From: the human T2T-CHM13v2.0 reference genome, Homo sapiens
Length of the DNA stretch: 64,000 bases
Strand: one strand, 5' to 3'
Assembly: GCF_009914755.1 (NCBI RefSeq)
Contig: NC_060929.1
Shown piece after piece: positions 52,572-64,000 of the stretch; positions within the stretch are counted from its first letter, which is position 1, and every line of letters starts with the position of its first letter. A model generated the notes under the pieces. It was not told where the DNA came from. It worked only from the letters and a program-made list of their open reading frames with translations, and made no database searches. The translations under genes were made by a program, and so were the position numbers.

Positions 52572-54460
52572 AATTTCATAATTAAGGTGCTGATATTATG
52601 GGCATCTTTAATCCCCATGGTTTCTCAGGAATTTCAGAGGTAGTCTTCATGACAATGGCAATCAACTGTCATTGAGGTTCCTCTCATCCTCAATCAATGT
52701 CTATTGTTGCCTTGTCTCTCCAAATGAGGCCACATAATTAAATAAATGAAATATTTGTCCCTTGGAGCTTTTGCAATCATGATCATATTACAAAATAAAG
52801 TTATTTTGTTCAGTACAGGTTCAATTTGTATAAAAACCAAAAATGGGAATTTACTATTTTTATTTTTGGAAACTTCTTAAGTTATAGCAGTGAGGCTGAA
52901 GTGTAGAGATTTTCTTTGGGTTTGCAGTTATGGACATCTTTCAAATCATTTAAAGGGTATTTTGGCACCTAATTGGTCAGTTAAATATTTGCAAATAAAA
53001 AAATGAAAGCTTTTTGTATCCTTGACTTACTTTTTTTTTTTTTTTTAAGAAAGATGTCTCAGTTATCACATTTCGTAATACTCTTAGCTGGAGCATTGTT
53101 TATATATCCTTTAGCGTTCAGAAAAGTACATTTTGAGTCCATGGGTGGGGGGCAAGTGTGTGTATGTATGTGTGTGTTGGGGTATAGCTGGAAGTAGAAT
53201 AGAGAGAATCTGTTCATTTGCATGGTCAAATTGCTTACTGAGACTTTTATTTCACCAGCTATATGAAATTTGTGATGTACTCAAAGTTTTTTTTTTTTCC
53301 TCTGAGATTGTAAAACTACAAAAAGGCATACAATGTATACACTGCTGATGTTAGTAAACACGATTTAATGAATTAGTTCCTCAATGACGTTGTTCCTACC
53401 ACACTCAATGAGGAGAAACATGACTGTCAGATCTGTGTTGAAAAGGATTGGTCACACTCAGTGAATCCACTTAAGGGTACACATTTTACTTATATTTATC
53501 TGGGTGCTACTTAAGTAGCTACACTTTGATTAAGCAAAATTGGTCTCTCTATTGGACCAATGTATAGCATGAATTTCAAAAGGCTGGAAACACTGACTTT
53601 TTCTACTGTAAATAAATAGTATACCTTATAACTGAGAAACTCATTCTTTTTGGTTAATCCTAGTGTGATATAGTATTGAAATAATTAAATGTGTTTTTAA
53701 GCAATAAATTTTGGCAACCTATCTTTACTACTATATAGAAACATCAATCTATTATGCATTATCAAAAAGATTCAGTTTAGATATTGTAGAAAAGCAAAAG
53801 TGGAAACAAGTTTGCAAGCATGCATGCATGCATCTGTGTGTGTGTGAATGTGTTGTATGTGTTTATTTAAAATATCTACATGTGTTTACATTTTTTAACT
53901 ATGTCATATGCATTATAGAAGCATAAGCTTAAGTTGTTCTAAAAATTTAAAAAGTAAATATATTTTAAGGCTATCAAAGTACAATAAATAAGAATATGAT
54001 AACTATTAAAATTTCTTCATGAAGAAGAAATCCTATTTGAGAGAGTTTGTCTGGTCTATACTCTCTCTCTAGGATTTTATTATCCTGTTAATGCTTACTT
54101 CTTGTTGCTGATGGATTTTATCTTGCAATTTTATTACTTTTTTCTTTTAATTAATAATATTTTAGTGTTGCTTCTGGAAGCTTTTTTTGGCAAGAAGAGG
54201 ATTTAATGATAAAAATGAGTAAATGTTACTAGGATGAAGTGTGTCATTAAAAGAAGCCATTTCTTTCAGCTTCAGTGTGCAGAGTTAGAGCTATGTGAAT
54301 CACACTGTGTTCAGTGAGATTTGCTGAGAAAGGACCTACTTTTATTTTAAGCAATATTAATATTTTACTCAGCTTTTGGGTCATTTTTCAGCAAATAATA
54401 ATGACCACTAAAGGTTAATGCTGTGTTATGTATGGTAAGCACATTGAAATTCTGTTAGCA

Positions 54461-55011
54461 TGTTTCAGAGCAAAAATTGAACCAGGCAAAGTAAAACAAG
54501 TGAAGGAAACTTATTCAGGACTGTTTTAATAAAGAAGAGAGAACCAGAATACCATCTAAACTCAATTTCGCTGAAAGAAAGGGCAGGAGAGTTTTTAAGA
54601 GTTGTCATGTGGGTTGGGGAGATTGTAGGTTGTCTGTGTTTGCTAATTAGTCTTATCCAAAGGAAAAGTAAACTTTCTTTTATCTTCATGAAAGGAGGTA
54701 ATTTTACAACATGGAGTAAGGCAACCATGGAAGTTAGATTCCTCTCCTCTTACAGAGACTAGTAGAGAGGGATCAACCTTCCTTGATGATTACATTTCAA
54801 AGGGATGGCCCCCAGGCCCTTGAGAGAGACAGTCCTGGGTTGTGAAACTGGCTAGAGGCTTTAAAAATTATTTATATCTCAATGGTAGAAAAGAAAAATT
54901 TACAACTACTATTTTTTATAAGTAAATGCTCTCAGAAGAGGGAGGTCAGTGCAGAGAATCTAGAAAAAAAGCCTGTTAAAAGTTTAGTCAGTTTGAAAGA
55001 AACATGGGTCA
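54461..55011 (-). mobile_element. MER67-like (ERV1) solo LTR
   Basis: ccttgatgattacatttcaaagggatggc...cctgggttgtgaaactggc...gtaaatgctct...gggaggtcag...aagtttagtca; TG...CA ends. Confidence 0.72.
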
Positions 55012-55424
55012 CATAATAATTTTTTTCTACAGTGTTTTATAATGAACATACATCTCATTTATCTTTCTAAGACCCACGTTGATAAATGAAGCAGAGGCTC
55101 ACAGAACTTGGCATTAGGTCATAAACATATGCCTAATTCAACCCCAAATTCAAAATGCTACTCCCTTTCATGACTGTTTCTGTATCTATTTTTTGATAAA
55201 TAACTGAGACAGATGTAACTGTCTCTCCTTGGAAGAAAACGCCTTTTATTCTTAATTTTCCTGTTTCATCATTGTGTTCACCTTTCTGGAAAAAACAGGC
55301 ATGGAACTGAATGCCATACTTATTTTTAACTCTATTACACAGCTATCTGGAACTAGCTTATCTAAAGGCACACCATTCACACTTCAGCATTCTGAGCCAG
55401 GAAGAGATGATAATGTGACTGATT

Positions 55425-55628
55425 TTTCTTTCTTTTTAATTGACACATAATAATTGTGCATATTTATGAGGCAATAGTAATGTAATACATATAATTGTAT
55501 AGTGATAAAATCAAGATAATTAGCATATCCATCATCTCAAACATCAAAGAAATATCTTTGTATTGGGAACATTCAGTATCTTCTCTCTAGCTATTTGAAA
55601 CTATGTAATATATTATTGTTAACAATAA
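55425..55628 (-). mobile_element. L1MA5-7-like 3' end fragment
   Basis: tttttaattgacacataataattgtgcatatttatg...aattagcatatccatcatctcaaacat...ctagctatttgaaa. Confidence 0.85.
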
Positions 55629-58600
55629 TGTTTTTGCTGGGAAAAACAAACATGGTCTGGCTATTCTTGAGAAGTACTTCCATTAGAGCCTGAGTCAGAA
55701 GAGAGCTTGCCACCCACTGAATCACCAGGAGACTCTCTGCAGGTCTTGAAGGCTGCCTGCCAGATACACACTCAGGCCAACTTTGCATAGCTCTGTGGAT
55801 CTGACAACAAGAGAACAAGATAGTACAGTTGCTTGCTATTTTTAAGCATGCATAAAAATAATGAGCAAAGAAAGCTCATGGATACCATTATAATAATTGA
55901 GGCTAAATAATGTATGGCATAAATGGCTTGAGTTTATCACAGCATATTTACGTGAATAATTTTTTTAGTTCTAATTACATTCCCTGATCCTAGGTAAATA
56001 TAAACATAGTAGGAGTAAAACTCTTAAAAATAAAGGCTATGATGAATGAGTAGCCATATGTAAAATAATTCAAAATTTGTGAAAAAATAATAGGTACTAG
56101 TATCAAAACAAGGTATTGCTCATCCATGTTATTTAAGTTATACTTTAATAAACAGAACATCAGTGTATAAAATATTATAAATATAATAATATATAAGTGT
56201 CTGAATTCATACCCATATCAGGTTTTTAGTCCTAATACTAGGTAATTATGAAGGTGAATGGTAAATCACAACTTAAAATTCTAAGTAAATTTTACAGAAT
56301 AATTTCTGAAGACAATTTTGATAGTAAATAATAACATAGATTTAGGACAGACTTTGGATATGCAATAGAGCTTTTGTACTTTTTTTCCCTCTTCACTAGG
56401 TTAATCCCATAAGATTATCACTTCACCATAGTGCTATTACTACTCAGATTCATTCTTCAAATCATGCATTGCCTAGTCAGACAAAGCTGGGCTTGTATCA
56501 CAACTATAGCTCTTACTAGTTGGCTGATTTTGCTCTCACTACACTCCAGTTTTTCTCATTTACAAAGTATGTAGAGTACACAAAATTTAATGTAGAAGTT
56601 TCTATTGAAATTATACATATAATGTTCTTATTACAGTTATTGACAGTTAGAATGGGTCAAAAAAAGTTGGCCATTATTACAATTATTCTATGCTTTTTAA
56701 AAAATGATTATTATTGTCAAATTACTTTTTCCAATGAAAACCTTAAGGCAGAAGCATATCAAATTATGTTTAGGAATTGTTTAAAAACCATAAGAATTGT
56801 TTAAAAATTAACTCATATGTTAGCAAGTCTTAATCTAGTTACATTTTTGAAATAGAATTACTCCCGATGACTGTGGAATATCTATCACCAAAATTAAATA
56901 ATAAACATTCAAGAGAATAAAGTTTTTCCTTTTTCACTATGCTTCTAAAAATTACTAGAAATTAATTTGCCTATGCTTTTTCCTTGTATTCTCATCCTTT
57001 ATAACAATTTTTAACAAAACTGCTCATGTAAATGTCCATAAATTATTGTCCTACCAATTTTATCTGTATCAAAATATTTTGTGAATCATAGTGACTCCAT
57101 ATTTTGTGAAATGAATGTGCTGTGGTCATAATTTTTATCTAATCTCTAATATCATTAAGAACAAAAATTTGATAGCTTTAAGGTATGAATTCTATTCTGT
57201 ATGTACCCTGGAATATTTATAAATACAAAATAGTTCGTAACAGAATCCCCAGATTTATATTTTGAACTGTAAACACATGAATGCTTTCTAGGTTTTCAGC
57301 TATTGTTTCAGTCAATATTTTTCCAGTAGTCATTACTGTATGCCTTGCCTTTTTCTAGGTTAATACTATTCTTTAAAAGTAGGTGATAGAAGAAACTTTT
57401 TTTAAAATTTTTTATTTTTTTTAGTCCTTTCTTACACTGAAGGACTAAGAAAATTTAACTTTGGTCTTAGTGGGTAAAAGAATGCTTCTTACTGAAAATT
57501 CATATTTAGTGACTCTTGTAGTGGGCCTGGACTTTTTCAAATATGCTTTATTACTTGTTATCAGATACTCAAATTTTGTTAAATACATAAACAAATTAAT
57601 AAAGGACATACTCAGAAACCAGTAGTAGTAACATACAATAACTGATGGACATGACATGCGAAATACTAACTAGCAAGCTGACTGTGATATCAAGTCACAA
57701 GGCAAATGATTAAACTAGGAATGAATACTTGTTTAGAAAAGTAAGAAAAATACTTATAGTAATTTTAAAAATTCTACTGTCATGTTAATTTTGTAGTTTA
57801 GCAAAAAAATTAGTTTTTTCTTTATAAATAAACCTTTATGAACGAAATTATAATTTCCTAATTTAACAACAAGTTACATTTGTGGATTTATCTAACGTTC
57901 TATTCTTGTTTGTAGAATTTTACTTAGAATACGTAATGCAGTATTAATACCAAAATAGTTTTTTTGAAGTAAATTTGCACATTTAATTCTTTTTAAAATT
58001 TACTTTAATTTTTAATTTTTGTGGGTACACAGTAGCTGTATATATTTATGGGGTACATGAGATACTTTGATACTGGCATGCAATGCACAATAATCACATC
58101 ATGGAAAATCGGGTATTCATCCCCCCAAGCATTTATTCTTGAGTTACAAACAATCCAACTAAACGTTTTTAGTTATTTTAAAACATACAATTAAATTATT
58201 ATTGACTAAAGCTCCTTGTTGTGCTGTCGAATACAGGGTCTTATTCATTCTATTTTTTGTACCCATTAGCCATCCCTACCACCACCCCCCAACCCGCCCA
58301 ACTACCATTCCCAGCCTCTGGTCTATTCTCTATCTCCATGAGCTCAAATTTTGTGATTTTTAGACACCACAAATAGGTAAGAACAGGTGATATTTGTCTT
58401 TCTGTGCCTGGCTTATTTCACTTAAAATGTTGACCTCCGGTTCCATCTGTGTTGTTGCAAATGACAGACTCACATTCTTTTTTATGTCTGAATAGTACTC
58501 CATTGTGTACATGCACCACATTTTCTTTATCTATTCATCTGATGATGGATACTTAGATTGCTTACAAATTCTGGCTATTGTGAACAGTTCTGCAACAAAC

Positions 58601-59969
58601 ATAGGAGTGTAAATGTCTTTTCAATATACTGATGTCCTTTCTTTTGGGTAAAAACCCAGCAGTGGGATTGCTAGATCATATGGAAGCTCTATTTTTAGTT
58701 TTTGGAAGAACCTGCAAACTCTTCTCCATAGTGGTTCTACTAAGTTAACTTCTAACAAAAAGTGTATGAAGGTTTCATTTTCTCCACATCCTCCTGGCAT
58801 TTGATATTGCCCATCGTTGGGATATAAGCCATTTTAACTGGGGTGAAATGATACCTCATTTTAGTTTTGATTTGTATTTTTTTAATGACCGATGATGTTG
58901 GGCACCTTTTTATATGCCTGTTTGCATTTGTATGTCTTCTTTTGAGAAATGTCTATTCAAATCTTTTACCCATATTTTGATTGGATTATTAAATGTTTTC
59001 TCATAGGATTGTTTTGAGCTCCTTATATGTTCTGGTTATTAATCCCTGTCAGTGGGTAGTTTGCAAATATTTTCCCCCATTTTGTGGGTTGTCTCTCCAC
59101 TTCCTTGATTGTTTCCTTTTCTGTGCAGCAGCTTTCTAACTTGATGTGATCCCATTTGTTCATTTTTGCTTGGGTTGCGTGTGCCTGTGGGGTATTACTC
59201 AAGATATCTTTGCCCAGTTGAATTGTCTTCGAGAATTTCCTCAATGTTTTATTTTAGTAGTTTTATAGTTTGAGATTTTAGATTTACGTCTTCAATCCAT
59301 TTTTATTTGACTTTTGTAGGTGGTGAGAGATAGATGTCTAGTTTCATTCTTCTGCATATGGATATCCAGTTTTCCCAGCACCGTTTATTGAAGAGACTAT
59401 ATTTTCCCTAGTGTACATTCTTGGCATCTTGTTAAACATGATTTCACTCTAGGTGTGTGAATTTGTTTCTAGGTTCTCTGTTATGTTCCATTGGTCTATG
59501 TGTCTGTTTCTATGCCAGTATCATGCTGTTTTGGTTCCTATAGCTCTGTAGTATAACTTGAAGTCCAGTAATGTGAATTTTTCAGTTTTGTTATTTTTGC
59601 TTATGATAGCTTTGGGTATTCCAGGTCTTTTGTGAGTCTATATAAATTTTAGGATGTTTTTTCTATTTTGGTGAAGAATGTCATTGGTATTTTGATACGG
59701 ATTGTATTGAATCTGTAGATTGCTCTGAGTAGTATGAACATTTTAACAATATTGATTCTTCCAATTCATGAACATGGAATATCTTTCCATTTTTGGGTAT
59801 ATTCTTCAATTTGTTTCATTAGTGTTTTATTGCTTTCATTGTAGAGATTTTTCACTTCTTTGGTTAATTCCCAGGTATCTAATTTTATGTGGGACTATTG
59901 TAAATGGAATTTTTTTGTTCCTTTTTTATATTGTTTCCTTTTGGCATATAGAAATTATAGAAATTATAT

Positions 59970-60422
<453 letters not shown>

Positions 60423-63400
60423 TAAATGCTATTGATTTTTATGTGGATTTCGTATCCTGCAACTTTACTGAATTTGTCTTTCACTTCTAATGGGTTTTTT
60501 TGGTGGAGTTTTTAAGTTTTTTCAAATATATGATCATATAATTTGCAAAAAAGGATAATTTGATTTCTTCTTTTTCAATTTGGGTGTCCTTTATTACTTT
60601 CTCTTGTCTAATTGCTCTAGCCAGGACTTCTAGTACTATGTTGAATAACAGCGGTGAATAACTTGATGACAAGTGGGCATCCTTGTCATGTTACAGATCT
60701 TGAAGGAAAGCTTTCAGTTTTTTCCCATTCAATATGATACCAGCTGTGGGTCTGTCATATGTGGCTTTCGTTAGGTTGAGGTGTGTTCCTTCTGTCCCCA
60801 GTCTTTTTTAAAAGATTTTTATCATGAAATACTGTTGAATTTTACCAAATGCTCTTTCAGCATCAATTGAGATTATCATATGGTTTTTGTCCTTTACTCT
60901 GTTGCAATGATGTATCACATTGATTGATTTGCATATGTTGAACCCTTCTTGCGTCCCTAGGATAAATCCCACTTGGTCATGATAAATGATATTTTTAGTG
61001 TATTTTTGAATTTGGTTTACTACTATTTTGTTGAGAATTTTTGCATCAATATGCATCAGAAATATTGGCCTGTGGTTTTCTTTTTTGATGTGTCTTTCTC
61101 TGGTTTTTGTATCAGGGTAATACAGGCCTCATAGAATGAGTTTGGAAGTATTTCCTCCTCTCTTATTTTTGGAATAGTTTGAGTAGCATTGGTTTTAGCT
61201 TTTTAAATGTTGGGGAGAACTCAGTGGCAAAGCCATCAGGTCCCAGGCTTTTCTTTAGTGGGTCATTTTTATTATGGTTTTGATATCTTTACTTCTTATT
61301 GGTCTGTTTGGTCTTTGGATTTATTCCTGGTTCAGTCTTGGTAGGTTGTATATGTCTATGAATTTATCTGTTTCTTCTACATTTTCCAATTTAAATTGTT
61401 CATAGTAGCCTCTAATGATCCTTTGAATTTTTTGTTATCAGTAGTGATGTCTGTTTTTTCAACCCTGATTTTATTTATTTAGGTCTTCATTCTTTTTTTC
61501 TTAGTCTGACTGAAGGCTTGTCAATTTTGTTTATCTTTCCAAAAAACCAACTTTTTGTTTTGTTGATGTTTTGTATTGTTTTCTTCATTTCATATTATTT
61601 ATTTCTGCTCTGATCTTGATTATCTATTTTCTTCTCCTAATCTTGGTTCAGCTTGCTCTTGGTTTTCTAATTATTTAAGATACATCATTAAGTTATTTGT
61701 TTGAAGTTTTTCTGCTTTTTTTGATGTAGGCATTTATAGCTATAAATTTTTCCTGTTAGTACTGCTGTTGCTGTATCCCATAGGTATTGGTATATTGTAT
61801 TTCTATTACCATTTGTTTAAAGACATTATTCAATTTCACTGATAATTTCTTCACTGACAAAATCATAATTCAGTAGCATATTGTTTAATTTGCATGTGTT
61901 TATATAATTTCTAAAACTACCCACTGTTGATTCTAGTTTTATTCCATGTTGGTCAGAGAAGGTACTGATATTATTTCAGTTTTTTGAATGTTTTAAGACT
62001 TATTTTCTGACCTAAAATATGGTCTACCCTTGAGAATGATTTATGTCCTGAGGAGAAGAATGTGTTCAGCCTTTGGATGAAATGTTCTGTAAATATTTAT
62101 TAGGTCCATTTGTTCTATAGGGCAAATTATGTCTGATGCTTCTTTATTGATTTTCTGTCTGGGAGATCTGCCCAATGCTGAAACACCCAATGCTGAAAGT
62201 GGGGTGTTGAGGTCTACAGCTATTATTGTATTGGGATATATCTTTCTCTTGTCTCTTGTGCTCTAAAAATATTTGCTTTATATATCAGTGTTTTCCTGTG
62301 TTGGTTATATATATATATTTACCAGCATTATATCCTCTTGCTGAATTGACCACTTTAACATTAAAGTGGTGATTTACCTTTTTTGCCTCTTTTTACAGTT
62401 TTTGTCTTGAGATCTATTTTGTCTGATAAAAAGGATAGCTACTTCTGCTCTTTTTGGATTTCCCTAGCATAGATTATCTTTCTTTCATCTGTTTATTTTC
62501 AGTCTATGTATGTCTTTATAGGTGAAGTGTACTTCTTGTAGCAACAGATAACTGAATCTTGCTGTTTTGGCAATTCAGCCAATCTATGCCTTTGATTTGA
62601 GAGTTTAGTTCATTTACATTCACTGTTGTTATTGATAAGTAGGACTTCTGCTATTTTTTATTTGGTTTCTCATAGTTTTACAGTCTTCTCTTCCTTCTTT
62701 CTTTCCTTCCTGTCTTTCCCTTAGTGAAGGTAATTTTTTCTGGTGGTATGGTTTGATTTCTTGCTTTTTATTTTTTTGTGTACCTGTGTAGGTTTTTGAT
62801 TTGATTCTACCATGAGGCTTGCAAATGAGGCTTATGGACTATTATTTTAAACTGATAACAACTTTACACTCACTGCATATACAAACATGCAAAGAAAGCT
62901 AATAATAACTCTACACTTTAACTTTCTCCCCTCTGGCGTTTTAACATGAGTTGTTTCTCTTCATATCTTATTGTACTATGTCTTGAAAAGTTGTTGTAAT
63001 TATTATTTTTGATTAATTTATCAATTAGTCTTTCTACTTACAATAACTGTAGTTTACAAACTATCATTACAGTGTTATGCTATTCTGTTTTTCTATGTAC
63101 TTACTATTAACAGTGAATATACCTTCACATGATTTCTTTTTGCTCATTAACATTGTTTTCCTTCAGATTGAAGGACTCTATCATTTCTTGTAGGATAGGT
63201 CTGGTATGAATTAATTCCCTCAGCTTTTGGTAGTCTTGGAAGGTCTTTATTTCTCCTTCATGCATGAAGAATAGTTTCTACAGATATGCTATTCTAGGGT
63301 AAAAGTTATTTTCCTTCAGCACTTGAAATAGTCATGGCACCCTCTCCTTGCCTGTAAGGTTTCCACTGAAAAGTCTGCTGCCAGACTTATTACCCCTCCA

Positions 63401-64000
63401 TTGTATGCTACTTGTTTCTTTTCTCTTGCTGCTGTTAGAATTCTTTCTTTACACTTAACCTTTGGGAGTCTGCTTATTCAATGCCTTGAGGTAGTCTTTG
63501 GGTTAATTCTGCTTGGTGTTCTATAACCTTCTTGTACTTGAATGTTGATATCTTTCTTTAGGTTTGGGAATTTCTCCTATATTATCCCTTTGAATAAATT
63601 TCCTATTCCTATATCTTTCTCTACTTCCTATTTAAGGTCAATAACACTTAGATTTGCCCTTTTGAGGATATTTTCTAGATCTCATAGGGATGTTTTATTG
63701 TTTTTCATTCTTTTCCTCTGTCTCCTCTGACTGTGTATTTTCAAATATCCTGTCTTCAAGCTCACTCATTCTTTCTTCTGCTTGGTCGGCTCTGTTATTA
63801 AGAGAATATGATGCATTCTTCAGCATGCCAATTGCATTTTTCAACTTTAAATTTTCTGCTTGATTATTTTAAACTATTTCAATCTCTTTGTTAAATGTAT
63901 CTGATAGGATTCTGAATTCATTTCCTGAGTTATCTTGAATTTCTTTGGGTTTCCTCAAAAGAGCTATTTTGAATTTTCTACATGAAAGGTCATGTATCTC

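Overview
AT-rich, gene-poor catarrhine primate DNA (human/ape-like AluY, L1PA, LTR12), about half recognisable interspersed repeats. No intact protein-coding gene is supported: the longer ORFs come from Alu, L1, a decayed HERV-L provirus or low-complexity tracts. The main structure is a 5'-deleted HERV-L/MLT2A1 provirus (15848-20024; pro, RT, RNase H, IN and dUTPase remnants) nested in an L1MA5A-like element. The most unusual observation is a 41-nt piece of 5S rRNA (nt 12-52, every mismatch at a CpG) sitting exactly in the junction where the 5' LTR and most of gag were deleted, joined by microhomology. Other observations: a Tigger transposase remnant missed by the ORF track; a 20-bp perfect palindrome at an L1 deletion junction; a 27-bp AT minisatellite of palindromic units; and 11 consecutive plus-strand LTRs ending at a CpG-enriched patch with a strong minus-strand splice donor, hinting at a minus-strand non-coding transcript. 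I found no new multi-gene system. Subfamily names are from recalled consensus sequences and need RepeatMasker/Dfam confirmation; boundaries of old elements are approximate.
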